Source: Eledone cirrhosa
Lineage: Eukaryota
NCBI GenBank assembly: GCA_964016885.1
Contig: OZ024740.1
Coordinates: forward strand, 429,412,001-429,476,000
Direction of reading: 5' to 3'
DNA: 64,000 nucleotides
A program made the position numbers and the translations under genes. Positions within the stretch are counted from its first letter, which is position 1; every line of letters begins with the position of its first letter. The notes under the pieces were generated by a model, which saw nothing but the letters and a program-made list of their open reading frames with translations, had not been told where the DNA came from and did no database searches. Of the stretch, positions 27,376-39,500 are shown piece by piece.

Positions 27376-30300
27376 CTATAGTCTGATGTAGAGTGAAGGC
27401 CCATTCACACGGGCCATTCTCGCCACTTTCACCCATCTTTCATAGAAACGGCTGGGGTGCAGCACCTCTCTCTCCATCCTGATCCTTCTTCCGAAATGAT
27501 ATCGGAAGAAACGGACCAGTTGTTGGCCAGAGAGAAAGGTGCCCGACCTCAGTCCTTTCAGACGCGTCCACCATACAACCTCTTTCGCCATGGCTATTAC
27601 GCACAGAAACACCGCCTCTGCTTCATCTTTGAAGGGGGGAGGCGGCTTGATCATTACAATAGACTCGGTGGTCAACCGGATCGGTCCCACCCTTGACAGC
27701 AGTTGTTCGACATAGCCCCACAGATCGGCTACGCCCGAGCAGTGTACTAATGCGTGTGCAACGGTTTCCTCGTCGCACACGCATCTGGGACAGATCTTTT
27801 TGGCGGGGTCCCTACCCGGGCGCCCATGTCTGTAGAGCCTTTCTCGAACGGGTAAAGCCCCTCGGTAGCACTGCCAGGCCAGGGACTTCTGGAAGTTGTC
27901 CATAGGTCCCGGGCTGAATGTCCTACCGAACAGGCTGGCCAGTTCGTCCTCCTCCATGTCTAGGGCTTCTCCCAGGGCGTCGTCGCACCTGCTGCGTACC
28001 AGCCCTCTATAGAATGTTGCGGTGGAGTCTCCACTGACAACCGGATCCGCCTGCCAGAGGGCGGTGAGCGCCTGGGCACACTCAGTGTGCCAGGCGCCCA
28101 GTTTTCTCGGTCTTTGCTTGACCCAAGATTGCAGCTCGGTGAGTGAGACGAGTCTGGGAAAGGTTCGTCTCACAAACGAGGCCCACACCGGTTGTCCGGT
28201 GAGGAATACGTAGAGGTGCCGTAGCCTTAATGCGTGTTTACGCATCATTAGCCACGGCATCCCCAGCCCTCCTTTCGAAGGGTGTTGACAGCAGATGGAT
28301 CTCCTCACCATAGGAGCCCGCCTCTTCCAAAGGAATTGGAAGAGCGCGCGCTCCATCTTGGTGAGGGTTTCCCTTGGGCAGGGCACTACGGTCAGGCGGT
28401 AGTAGATGACGGACGCTATGTAGGTGTTCGCCACCTCCGCCCGACCTTTCAGGGATAGTTTGCAACTGGCCCACTTCTGGGTCAGTGCAAACACCCTGTT
28501 CGTAACCTCCGCCCAGTTTTTCTCCACCTGGAGGTCCGGTCCGAACCAGACCCCGAGCAACTTCACCGGGCCCTCCGTCCAGCGTCCGACGACGCTATCG
28601 GAGGGCATCGGTCTGCCCCTCCACGTGCCGAGTTGCAAACCGATCGACTTGTCCCGGTTCAGCTTAGCCCCTGTGAACTTTTCGTACTCCTCCAGTAAGG
28701 TGCCGACCGCCTCGATTTCGGAGGCCGTCGACACCATTACTGTCACGTCATCGGCGTAGGCCGACACCGCTTTCCGCAATCCCGGTTCCAAAGGGATGCC
28801 CTGCAACAACTCCAACTTCCGCAGTAGTGGCTCAAGAGTCAACACATACAGAAGGGAGGAGAGAGGGCACCCTTGTCGGATGGACCGCGCGATTTTGAAC
28901 GGCTCCGAGAGGTAGCCGTTCACCTTGACCCTAGAGCAGATGCGGCTGCTGTGCATAGCAGTGATCCAGCCCCTGAAAACGGGTCCGAAGCCTGCCGCCG
29001 CTAGCACCGCATCCAGGTAACCATGGTCGACCCTATCGAACGCCTTAGATTGATCCAAGTTGATCAGAGCCCCACCAAAGCCGGGTTCGTTCCCAACCCT
29101 CTCTATGATGTATCGCATGAGGTGGAGGTTGTCATGGATGGACCTGGACGGGATAGCGCATGTCTGCGCATCTCCCACCAGGTTGCCCACGACAAGCGCC
29201 AACCTCTTTGCTAGCACCTTGGCCAAAATCTGTAACTCTGTATTTAGCAGTGTTATGGGCCTGAAGTTACTTATTTCGTCCCCCTTGTTCTCGTCCTTCC
29301 TCACTAGCGTGACTACGCCCTTGGTCACAGTACAGGGAATTCTCCCGTTCTGTTGCCAGTTGCAGTAGACCGCCTCGAGGAGATCGGGGAACAAGTCCGG
29401 CATAGCTAGATATAATTCGTAAGGAAGACCATCGAGACCCGGGGATTTGCGTTTGCCGCATTGGCTCAGCACGTCCTCTATCTCAGCGGCCGAAATCGGC
29501 TCCTCGCAGGACTTCGCCTCCCTGTCCGAGAGGCGCGGCAGGCCGTCGAGGTATGGACCGAAGTCCACGTTCCCAACCGGCTCCCCGCCCCTCCCGAACA
29601 GTCGGGCAAAGTGCCTTTGAAAGGCCTCACACATCTGCTTAGGCTCAAGAATCGCCCGTCCATCCAGGTCTCGCAAAGACCGGATGGTGGATTTAGTTCC
29701 ACTGTTGGCCTCTGTCACGCGGGCCCAGCTAACAGCTTTGGTCCCCTCGTTCCCTAGAGCACGTATTTTACTTCGGACAACGCAGCCTTCGTGCTTCGCG
29801 TCGAAAAACTGGCTCAAAGCCGTTCTCGACGCTAGCACTCTGGCCACGTCGCCGCTTCTAATTGCCTCTTCTACTCTATCTATTAGCTCCCTTTCCTTCC
29901 TATTCCTATCCGCAGCTAGAACCTTACTAAATTCTATCGAGACTACTCTAATCTCTCTCTTTAGAGATACCCACCACCTGCTGTTGACGATCGCTCCAGT
30001 CAACCGTTCCTTAACTAACGTACTAATCCGATTCCTGTAGGCTCTACTTGCCGGCAAGGACAAGTTGAGCTTCCAGTAACCGGGGCCCTGTCTATGAGTT
30101 CTGTCAAGGTTGACCATGCAGGTCACTAATTTGTGGTCTGAATAGCCAACCATGCGCATTTTTGGACAACTTAAAAAGTCCTTATCCTTAATTCTAACTA
30201 AGAACCTATCTAGGTACGACCTAGATGATCCGCTACGATTTGCCCAAGTCCAGGTTGGCGCAGTCGGAAAATCTAGTCGATATCTATCGGCCAGGTCAAA

Positions 30301-30813
30301 TCGACCGATTAACCCTTTGAGGCTATTACACCCCTCTCTATCGGGGCAGGCCCCTACGTAGTCCCAGCGTGCATCTAGGATACCATTCCAGTCCCCCACT
30401 AATAGCAAGGAGCGGGACGTCCCTAGAAAAGTCTCCAGACGATGGAAGAAGTCCGGCCGCATTGACCCGAAAGGGCCGTAGGCGGCTACCAACCTAAACG
30501 CTCCGCCTTTACCACTGCCAAGGTCCAGAACCACTAGTCGACCCTCCGGGTCCAAATGTACCATCTGTGTTGCGAGACCCAGATGTTTTTGCAGCAGAAC
30601 GACAACTCCACTCCCACCTCCGGGCTGACAGAGAGATGCGTGCATCTCAAAGTCATCAAAGGTGGGGGACAGCTGTCGCACGTTGCTGATCCGGGCCTCG
30701 CAAATAACCATCACATCTATACGTTGTGACCTGAGGTCATTTAGAAGCATTGCTTGCTTCCAAGTTGAGCCCAGGCCACGCGCATTTAAACAGCCTACTC
30801 TTAGCATAGCCAT
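27376..30813 (-). CDS. LINE ORF2: APE endonuclease, reverse transcriptase, CCHC finger (1145 aa, uninterrupted)
   Basis: LNARGL, GDWN, YLDRF, SDH; KSPGLDG, FRPITLLN, DQSKAFDRV, RQGCPLS, YADD; CPRC..ETVAHALVHC; first ATG at 30813. Confidence 0.95.
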   Translation of the reverse strand: MAMLRVGCLNARGLGSTWKQAMLLNDLRSQRIDVMVICEARISNVRQLSPTFDDFEMHASLCQPGGGSGVVVLLQKHLGLATQMVHLDPEGRLVVLDLGSGKGGAFRLVAAYGPFGSMRPDFFHRLETFLGTSRSLLLVGDWNGILDARWDYVGACPDREGCNSLKGLIGRFDLADRYRLDFPTAPTWTWANRSGSSRSYLDRFLVRIKDKDFLSCPKMRMVGYSDHKLVTCMVNLDRTHRQGPGYWKLNLSLPASRAYRNRISTLVKERLTGAIVNSRWWVSLKREIRVVSIEFSKVLAADRNRKERELIDRVEEAIRSGDVARVLASRTALSQFFDAKHEGCVVRSKIRALGNEGTKAVSWARVTEANSGTKSTIRSLRDLDGRAILEPKQMCEAFQRHFARLFGRGGEPVGNVDFGPYLDGLPRLSDREAKSCEEPISAAEIEDVLSQCGKRKSPGLDGLPYELYLAMPDLFPDLLEAVYCNWQQNGRIPCTVTKGVVTLVRKDENKGDEISNFRPITLLNTELQILAKVLAKRLALVVGNLVGDAQTCAIPSRSIHDNLHLMRYIIERVGNEPGFGGALINLDQSKAFDRVDHGYLDAVLAAAGFGPVFRGWITAMHSSRICSRVKVNGYLSEPFKIARSIRQGCPLSSLLYVLTLEPLLRKLELLQGIPLEPGLRKAVSAYADDVTVMVSTASEIEAVGTLLEEYEKFTGAKLNRDKSIGLQLGTWRGRPMPSDSVVGRWTEGPVKLLGVWFGPDLQVEKNWAEVTNRVFALTQKWASCKLSLKGRAEVANTYIASVIYYRLTVVPCPRETLTKMERALFQFLWKRRAPMVRRSICCQHPSKGGLGMPWLMMRKHALRLRHLYVFLTGQPVWASFVRRTFPRLVSLTELQSWVKQRPRKLGAWHTECAQALTALWQADPVVSGDSTATFYRGLVRSRCDDALGEALDMEEDELASLFGRTFSPGPMDNFQKSLAWQCYRGALPVRERLYRHGRPGRDPAKKICPRCVCDEETVAHALVHCSGVADLWGYVEQLLSRVGPIRLTTESIVMIKPPPPFKDEAEAVFLCVIAMAKEVVWWTRLKGLRSGTFLSGQQLVRFFRYHFGRRIRMEREVLHPSRFYERWVKVARMARVNGPSLYIRL

Positions 30814-30878
30814 GTTGGTGGTGAAGAGAAAAGGCACTTACCTCTCTGCGTCCCGGGTATCGGGCTGCACAATTTCCA

Positions 30879-32588
30879 TTAGGGTGGGGGATGGGTTGTT
30901 GGGTGGGGTGGTGGGGTGGTGGTTTGTGGAAGTGTGGGGGCATCAGTGTGTTGTGTGGTTGGGGAGCTTGGAGTTGTGAGGGTGTTTGGGGAGGGGGTGG
31001 GATAGTTTTTTAGGAGGACGCGGTTAATGGGCCCGACGCAGGGGGGACCCACGTCCTCTTTAAAATTGTTTTTTAAAGTTTTATAGGTGTCCTGTGGGGC
31101 CTTAATCATTTTGAGGTGGGGGAAATCCCCTGCCTGGGTGAAGTTAGGCCCTTGTGTTTTAATTAGATTGTTGTTGTACACAATGTTTAACAGTTTTTTG
31201 TTTCTTGTATTTATGTATGTGTATGCATGTTTTTGTTTTTGTGTGGTGTTTTTTGTTTGCTGTTGTGAGCTCTTTTGTGTTGGTGTCAGTGTTATGTTTT
31301 GGGGAGGGTTTTTTTTCATTTGTGTGTCTGAGGTGTGTTTTCTTTTTTTTCTTTTGATTGTGTGGAAGTGCTCCTCCTCGTCTGACGACGAACTAGGGTC
31401 ATCTTCCGCGTTGGAGGGGAGGGGTATATTTTCGGGTTGTGTTTGCGGTACGGGTGTTTTGGAAATTGTTTTTGTTTTTTGAGTGGAGGGGATGGGTTGG
31501 ACATTGTTTTGTTTTGGTTTGAGCTGTGGTGGTTGTTTTTGTAGTGGTAGTTGTGGTGATTGTGTTGGTTGTGCAGTTGTTGGTGGTGTAGGCAGGATTG
31601 GGGTTTTCTTATTAAGTTGGGGACAGACAGCCCTCAGGTGACCTCTGGTTCCGCAGAGGTAACACGAGGGCCGTCTACCCTCAACGGTAATGTTGATGAA
31701 GGTTAGATCATCCAGTATGACGCGTTCAGGGATCTGGGCGATCCTTTCGGGCCTCATTTGAACTACAAGTTCGAGGCTCGTTCCACTGAACGCGTCACCC
31801 GATGCCTTTCCCATGGACACCAGCATGTCATCCTCCAGGTCCAGAAAACCTGTCAAAACCCACCATATGTCCATAATCGGCAGGATGGTGTGGATTTTTA
31901 TTTTTTGTGTTCTTCTACCCATGTACGTAGGGTAGAAGGTGTATGCGGTGGATGTGATTGGTTTGATGGACAGTTTCACTGCTGTGTCCCTGTCCTTCAT
32001 GAGAATGGATAGACTCCCGTAGAGTCTATCCTTCTGAATGAAGGTGATGTCCTTCATGACGTCTTTTAAAACCAGCTCTATCTCGCTCTGTGATGGTTGA
32101 GCTGGTTTTTTACTTTTGTTCGAGATTGTCCTAAACATGACCGTGTTTAGGAGTCTCTGGCTTTTTAGTTCCGGGGGGGAATGGATTGTGAATGAACCAT
32201 TTTCCCCGTACACTATATATTTTTTCGCATCCGCCAGTAGCTCCTTCGCTTTTGTTATATCTACTGGCAGATAGTCGAGGGTTTTCCTTGTCGTCTCGGC
32301 GAAGGAGAAATTTTGTTTGTTTGTGTTGTTGTTGTCGTTGGTGGTGTTGTTGTTATCATTGTTGTTGTTGTCACCGTTATTGGTCTTGTTGTTGTTATTG
32401 TTATTGTTATTGGTGTTGTTTTCGTCCGTCGCATTGTTGTTGTTGTTGCTGTTGCTGCTGGTTCTTTGGGTTGTTTCCATGGCAACGTCAAGTTGTCGGT
32501 TAACAGGTGGAGAGAATTCTTCCTCTGGCTGACCTATCTTCTTGACCTCTGCTACTGTGACAGTGGCAGGGGGAAGCTGTAAGTTCAT
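30879..32588 (-). CDS. LINE ORF1 (gag-like, CCHC zinc knuckle, Asn-rich N-terminus)
   Basis: 569-aa ORF with CYLCGTRGHLRAVC; homologous to ORF1 of copies C and E; C-terminal MEIVQP..AER lies in another frame, so a late frameshift is likely. Confidence 0.85.
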   Translation of the reverse strand: MNLQLPPATVTVAEVKKIGQPEEEFSPPVNRQLDVAMETTQRTSSNSNNNNNATDENNTNNNNNNNNKTNNGDNNNNDNNNTTNDNNNTNKQNFSFAETTRKTLDYLPVDITKAKELLADAKKYIVYGENGSFTIHSPPELKSQRLLNTVMFRTISNKSKKPAQPSQSEIELVLKDVMKDITFIQKDRLYGSLSILMKDRDTAVKLSIKPITSTAYTFYPTYMGRRTQKIKIHTILPIMDIWWVLTGFLDLEDDMLVSMGKASGDAFSGTSLELVVQMRPERIAQIPERVILDDLTFINITVEGRRPSCYLCGTRGHLRAVCPQLNKKTPILPTPPTTAQPTQSPQLPLQKQPPQLKPKQNNVQPIPSTQKTKTISKTPVPQTQPENIPLPSNAEDDPSSSSDEEEHFHTIKRKKRKHTSDTQMKKNPPQNITLTPTQKSSQQQTKNTTQKQKHAYTYINTRNKKLLNIVYNNNLIKTQGPNFTQAGDFPHLKMIKAPQDTYKTLKNNFKEDVGPPCVGPINRVLLKNYPTPSPNTLTTPSSPTTQHTDAPTLPQTTTPPPHPTTHPPP

Positions 32589-32612
32589 CTTCCCCTTTCC
32601 TCCTTCGAATAT

Positions 32613-32825
<213 letters not shown>

Positions 32826-33367
32826 GTCAGGTCGCTCATCAGCGCTGCTGGTAACATGTAACCCAGTACAACCAGTACATGGTCGGGTCGTCAGCGATCA
32901 AACCGACAACCCCACCAGGCTTCCTTGGTGAGGAGGGTGATTTGGGACACCCTGCAGGATAAAAAACATAACCCGCCAAAGGGCGGAGGAACTGAGGAGG
33001 GTCAACAGCTATCCAATAAAGGTTTTTTTTTTTGTGGAGTGAGAGACCCCTAGACTTCATTAAGACATCTCTCTAGAAGGTCACTCTGATATAAAACCTG
33101 TGACTTTCTTTGTATCCAATGGTGGAGACCAGTTCTACTTTTGGGGTGAATGCATTCGATGTTCAGAGAGTGGGATTGGCCCCGTGCAAAGACTTTCCTT
33201 ACTTAAAAAAGCTTCAAGCTCAGTGACCGCTTGATGTGTGACATTTGTTGCGATGCAAGTTATTGCTGGCCATAGGCAAGTCCCTAGCAGGACTGAGAGG
33301 CTACATCCATGATGCTGTTGCTTAAGTATCAAGCGATGGCATTACTCGAAATCGAGTTGCAGCTATC

Positions 33368-33368
<1 letters not shown>
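32826..33368 (+). mobile_element. Short non-autonomous RTE-derived element, subfamily 1
   Basis: 5' ~250 bp homologous to 59463 and 60143; 3' hairpin ACTCG-AAAT-CGAGT; (TATG)n on both sides. Confidence 0.6.
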
Positions 33369-33400
<32 letters not shown>

Positions 33401-33448
33401 TGTATGTATGTATGTATGTATGTATGTATGTATGTATGTATGTATGTA

Positions 33449-33707
33449 TGTGCAGTGCCTTTGCTCACTATAAAAGCTTCACGGCACAGGCATTGCTTTA
33501 TATCTGGAGATCTCTCTGCACTTGTCGTCACATGGTACCATGGGCCCAGCACTATGTGTCAATAATTCTCACAAGTGTAGTGTTTGTACCAGAGTTGTCA
33601 AGTCGCTGGCTGGACTAAAAAGTCACACTCGTTCAGCGCTTCGGTAGGGGTTCTCCTACATGGATATAAAGTAGTGGCCGTACTCGAAAACGAGTTGGCA
33701 GCCACCA
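33449..33707 (+). mobile_element. 5'-truncated RTE-derived element, subfamily 2
   Basis: Near-identical to the 3' half of 59463-60069. Confidence 0.75.
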
Positions 33708-33849
33708 TGTATGTAATGTATGTATGTAATGTATGTATGTATGTGTGTATGTATGCAATGTATGTATGTATGTGTATGTATATATGCATGTATGTATGTT
33801 GGTAGATATGTGTGTGTGTATGTATGTAGATATGTATGTATTATGTAGA

Positions 33850-34600
33850 TATATATGTATATATGTATGTTTGTAGGTAGGTAGGTATGTGTGTGTGTAT
33901 GTATGTAGATATGTATGTATATATGTATATGTATGTATGTAGATATGTATGTATATATGTATATATATATGTATGTTTGTAGGTAAGTAGGTATGTGTGT
34001 GTGTATGTATGTAGATGTGTATGTATATATATGTACGTATGTATATATGTACGTATATATATATATGTATGTATATATGTATATATGTATGTTTGTAGGT
34101 AAGTAGGTATGTGTGTGTGTATGTATGTAGATATGTATGTATATATGTACGTATATATATGTATGTATATATGTATATATGTATGTTTGTAGGTAAGTAG
34201 GTATGTGTGTGTGTATGTATGTAGATATGTATGTATATATGTACGTATATATATGTATGTATATATGTATATATGTATGTTTGTAGGTAAGTAGGTATGT
34301 GTGTGTGTATGTATGTAGATATGTATGTATATATGTACGTATATATATGTATGTATATATGTATATATGTATGTTTGTAGGTAAGTAGGTAAGTAGGTAT
34401 GTGTGTGTGTATGTATGTAGATATGTATGTATATATGTACGTATATATATGTATATATATATGTATATATGTATGTTTGTAGGTAAGTAGGTATGTGTGT
34501 GTGTATGTATGTAGATATGTATGTATATATGTACGTATATATATGTATGTATATATGTATATATGTATATATGTATGTTTGTAGGTAAGTAGGTATGTGT
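33850..34600. repeat. ~94-bp minisatellite built from TATG/TA/TG microsatellites (~8 units)
   Basis: GTTTGTAGGTAAGTAGG marker at 34091, 34185, 34279, 34373. Confidence 0.85.
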
Positions 34601-34601
34601 G

Positions 34602-34955
34602 ACTATTGAAACAAATATAGTCAAGGTGTAAAAAAAATAATTTAAGTGTAAGTAAACAATACAAATGTTTTTCAAATGGAAAACAGGAAGTAAAATGACA
34701 CTTGACGTTATTGCACAGGCGCACAGGAAGTTCATGGCGGGGAGCAATCTATTTCATATAGTATACGTTCTAGCCACTACGCCTTCAAATACCATATATA
34801 TGTCTTTCTATTTCATCTTTTATTTCTCATTCTATCTTCTGACGAAGGACTAGTGTCTGAAATGTTAAGACTCTTTTCCGGTGATTTCAAGCGTTAAACT
34901 AATATATTTCCTCATTGTGTTGTGATGTTTGTTTTGGTGTTTCTGTTCACGTTTT
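34602..34955 (+). mobile_element. Probable Penelope-like pLTR remnant
   Basis: Hammerhead motif ~90 nt before a T-rich end that abuts a microsatellite, as in the 21938-24672 element. Confidence 0.5.
34835..34870 (+). ncRNA. Minimal hammerhead motif
   Basis: TCTT-CTGACGA-A-GGAC-tagt-GTCT-GAAA-TG-TT-AAGA; stem I TCTT/AAGA. Confidence 0.6.
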
Positions 34956-34969
34956 AGATAGATAGATAT

Positions 34970-36324
34970 ATTTCTTTATTAGCCACAGGGGCACAAAAGA
35001 AGGGGACAAATACAAAGGGGGAAGTTTACATACAATAAAAACGTGTAAAATGTTATCACAGATGGAATTTAAAAGTTAGTCGATTTTCCCCAATAGAGGG
35101 AGACAGTTTATATGGGTAACACATACCCCCGAAAAAAATGTGCAACCCTCATCTTCAGGAGTACGAAGAGCTTGTACTCCTTTCCTCTCCTCCTCCTTTT
35201 CCTCAATCTACAGGCTGATATAGAGAGAAGGCCCATTCACTCGGGACATTCTCGCCACTTTCACCCACCTTTCATAAAACTTGCTGGGGTACAGCACCTC
35301 TCTCTCCATCCTGATTCTTCTTCCAAAGTGGTATTTGAAAAAAAGAATCAGTTGTTGGCTGGAGAGAAAGGTGTCTGACCTCAGCCCTTTTAACCTCGTC
35401 CCCCATACAACCTCTTTCGCCATAGCTATCACACAAAGGAAAACCGCCTCGCCCTCGCTTTTGAAGAAGGTGGCGGTTTGATCACGACAATGGACTCGGT
35501 GGTCAACCGGATTGGTCCCACCCGCGACAATAGTCGTTCTACATAGCCCGACATGTCGGTAACGCCCGGGCAGTGTATGAATGCGTGCGCGACGGTTTCT
35601 TCGTCTCGCACGCATCTCGGACAGATCTTTTTCGAAGGGTCTCTGCTCGGGCGCCCGTGTCTGTAGAGCTTGTCTCGAACTGGTAGAGCTCCTCAGTAGC
35701 ACTGCCAGGCCAGGGACTTTTGGAAGTTGTCCATCGGTCCCGGGCGGAAGGTCCTACCGAACAGACTGGCCAGTTCGTCTTCCTCTACGCCTAGAGCTTC
35801 TCCGAGCGCGTCGTCGCACTTGCTGCGGACCAACCCTCTATAGAATGACTGATCGCCGGGTCCACCTGCCAGAGGGCTGTGAGCGCCTGAGCACATTCGA
35901 TGTGCCAGTCGCCCATTTTCCTCAGTTTTTGCTTGACCCAAGACTGCAGCTCGGTCAGCGAGTCGAGTCGTGGCAAGGTTCGCCTCACGAACGGGGCTCA
36001 CACCGGTTGTCCGGTGAGGAATACGTGGAGATGCCGCAGCCTGACCGAGTGTTTGCGCATCGTCAGCTACGGCATCCCCAGCCCTCTGTTGGAAGGGTGT
36101 TGGAAGCAGATGGATCTTCTCACCAAAGGCCCCCGCTTCTTCCAAAGGAATTGGAAGAACGCGCGCTCCATTTGGTGAGCGTTTTGGCTGGACAAGGCAC
36201 GACGGTCAAGCGGTAGTAGATGACGGACGCTATAAAAGGGTTCGCCACCTCCGCTCGACCTTTCAAGGATAGTTTGCACTCGGCCCACTTCTGGGTGAGT
36301 GCAAACACCTTGGCCGTCACCAGT
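34970..36324 (-). mobile_element. Tx1 LINE copy B, 5'-truncated and decayed
   Basis: Frameshifted ORF2 C-terminal fragments (IYYRLTVVPC..YISL*); 3'UTR like copy C; (TCTA)n on both sides. Confidence 0.9.
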
Positions 36325-36591
36325 CAGATAGATAGATAGATAGATTAGATATGTTTCTTTATTAGCCACAGGGGCACAAAAGAAGGGGACAAATACAAAG
36401 GGGGAGTTTACATACAATAAAAACGTGTAAAATATTATCACAAATGCAATTTAAAAATTAATCGATTTTCCCCAATAGGGGGAGACAGTTTATATGGGTA
36501 ACACATACCCCCGAAAAAAAAATGTGCAACCCTCATCACCAGGAGTACGAAGAGTTTGTACTCCTTTCCTCTCCTCCTCTTTTTCCTCAAC

Positions 36592-39500
36592 CTACAGGCT
36601 GATATAGAGAGAAGGCCCAACCACTCGGGCCATTCTCGCCGCTTTCACCCACCTTTCATAAAACTTGCTGGGGTACAGCACCTCTCTCTCCATCCTGATT
36701 CTTCTTCCAAAGTGGTATTTGAAAAAAAGAATCAGTTGTTGGCCGGAAAGAAAGGTGTCTGACCTCAGCCCTTTCAACCTTGTCCACCATACAACCTCTT
36801 TCGCCATAGCTATCACACAAAGGAAAACCGCCTCTCGTTCGTTTTTTAAGGGGGGTGGCGGTTTGATCATGACAATGGACTCGGTGGTCAACTGGACTGG
36901 TCCCACCCGCGACAATAGTCGTTCCACATAGCCTGACATGTCGGTAACGCCCGGGCAGTGTATGAATGCGTGCGCGACGGTTTCTTCGTCTCGCACGCAC
37001 CTCGGACAGATCTTCTTTGCAGGGTCCCTGAGTTTCACCGAGCACGTCGTCGCACTTGCTGCGGATCAACCCTCTATAGAATGACGAAGTGGAATCTCCA
37101 CTGATCGCCGAGTTCGCCTGCCAGGGGGCTGTGAGCGCCTGAGCACATTCGATGTGCCAGTCACCCATTTTCCTCGGTCTTTGCTTGACTCAGGACTGCA
37201 GCTCGGTCAGTGAGACGAGTCGTGGGAAGGCTCGCCTCACGAACGGGGCCCACACCGGTTGTCCGGTGAGGAATACGTAGAGTTGCCGCAGCCTGAACGC
37301 GTGTTTGCGCATCCTCAGCCACGGCATCCCCAGCCCCCCTTTGGAAGGGCGTTGGCAGCAGATGGATCTTCTCACCAAAGGAGCCCGCCTCTTCCAAAGG
37401 AATTGGAAGAGCGCGCGCTCCATTTTTGCGAGCGTTTTGGCTGGACAAGGCACGACGGTTAAGCGGTAGTAGATGGCGGACGCTATAAAAGTGTTCGTCA
37501 CCTCCGCTCGACCTTTCATGGATAGTTTGCACTCGGCCCACTTCTGGGTGAGTGCAAACGCCTTGGCCGACACTTCGTTCCAGTTCTTCTCCACCTGGAG
37601 GTCCGGACCAAACCAGACCCCGAGCAGCTTTACTGGTCCTTCCGTCCAGCGTCGGTTTGCCTCTCCACGATCCGAGTTGCAAACCGATGGACTTGTCCCG
37701 GTTCAGCTTCGCTCATGTTAACCTTTCGTATTCCTTCAGTAAGGTGCTGACCTCCTCGATTTGCGAGGCGCTCGACATCATTACTGTCACGTCGTCGGCG
37801 TAGGCCGACGCCGCTTTCCGCAGTCCCGGTTCCAGAGGGATGCCCTGCAATAGTTCCAACTTCCGCAGTAGTGGCTAGAGAGTCAATACGTACAGAAGGG
37901 AGGAGAGAGGGCATCCCTGTCGAATGGATCGCGTGATATGGAACGGCTCCGAGAGGTAGCCGTTCACCTTAACCCTTGAGCAGATGTTGTTTTTATGCAT
38001 TGCAGCAATCCAGCCCCTGAACACGGGTAGAAGCCTGCCGCCTCGACAACCGCATCCAGGTAACGATGGTCAACCCTATCTAAAGCCTTAGACTGATCTA
38101 AGTTGATCAGGGCCCCACCGAAGCCGGGTTTACACCCTACCCTCTCTATGATGTATCGCATGAGGTGGAGGTTGTCATGTATGGACCTGGTCGGGATTGC
38201 GCATGTCTGCGCTTCTCCCACCAGGTTCTCGACGACAAGCGCCAGCCTCTTTGCCAACACCTTGGCCAAAATCTGTAACTCTGTGTTTAGCAGAGTTATG
38301 GGCCGGAAGTTGCCTATGTCATCCCCCTTATTCTCGTTCTTCCTGACTAGTGTGACTACGCCCCCGGTCACAGAACTGGGAATTCTCCCGTTCTGTTGCC
38401 AGTTGCAGTAGACCGCTTACAGGAGACCGGAGAATAAGTCCGGCATTGCTACGTAAAATTCGTAAGGTAGACCGTCGTGACCTGGATATTTGCGTTTGCC
38501 GCATTGGCTCAACGCGTCCCCTATCTCAGCGGCTGAAATCGGCTTTTCGCAGAACTTTGCCCCGCCGTCCGAGAGTCGCTGTAGGCCGTCGAGGTATGGA
38601 CCGAAATCCATAGCCCCTCTCGGCGCGCTGCCCTGCCCGAACAGCCGAGCAAAGTGCCGCTGAAAGGCCGCACACATCTGCTTTGGCTCTCGTATTACGC
38701 GTTCGTTTTGGTCCTTCAAAGACCGAATCGTGGACTTGTTGCCACTTTTTGCCTCCGTCACTCGGGCCCAGCTAACAGCTTTGGCTCCCTCGTTTCCCAG
38801 AGCACGTATTTTGCTTCTGACAACGCAGCCCTCATGCTTTGCGTCGAAGAACTGGTCCAAGCCCGCTCTCGTTGCTAGCACGCTGGCTACGTTGCCACTT
38901 CTAATTGCTTCTTCTACTTTATCTACCAGTTCTTTCTCGGTTCTATTTCTATCTAACGCTAATTCTTTACTAAAAACTAACGAGTCTAATCTAACTGCCC
39001 CCTTGAGAGAGTACAACCATCTGTTGTTGACAATGGCCCCTGTCAAGTGCTGTTTAACTAAAGTGCTAATCCGTCTACTGTAGGCTTTGCATGTCGGTAA
39101 CGACAAGTTCAGCTTCCAGTAGCCGGGTCCTTGTCTATGGGTTCTATCAAGGTTGACCATGCAGGTCACTAGTTTGTGATCTGAATAGGCAACCATGAAC
39201 ATTTGTGGACAGCTTAACATGTCCCTATCCTTATTTCTAACTAGAACCCTATCTAGGTACGATCTAGATGTTCCGCTACGATTACTCCACGTCCACAGTG
39301 GCATAGTCGGAAAATCTAGTCGATATCTATCAGCCAGGTCAAATCGGCCTATTAACTGTTTGAGGATGTTACACCCCCCTTTATCAGGACATGGTCCCAC
39401 ATAGTCCCAACGTGCATCTAGGATTCCATTCCAGTCCCCCACTAAACGCAAGGAGCGGGACGTTCCCAGAAAAGTCTCTAGACGTTTGAAGACGTCTGGC

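Larger units (their letters stand above)
27114..32609 (-). mobile_element. Tx1-clade LINE copy A, near full length
   Basis: ORF1 + ORF2 + 3'UTR with AATAAA; 5' end abuts (TCTA)n, 3' end runs into TCTA(TA)n. Confidence 0.92.

Noticed and set aside
32560-32600. Similarity of copy A start (GGGGAAGATGAAC) to the 5'UTR hairpin of C and E
   Set aside because: Short and on the opposite strand; likely chance
33633-34747. Two 363-aa ORFs
   Set aside because: Translations of TATG/TA repeats
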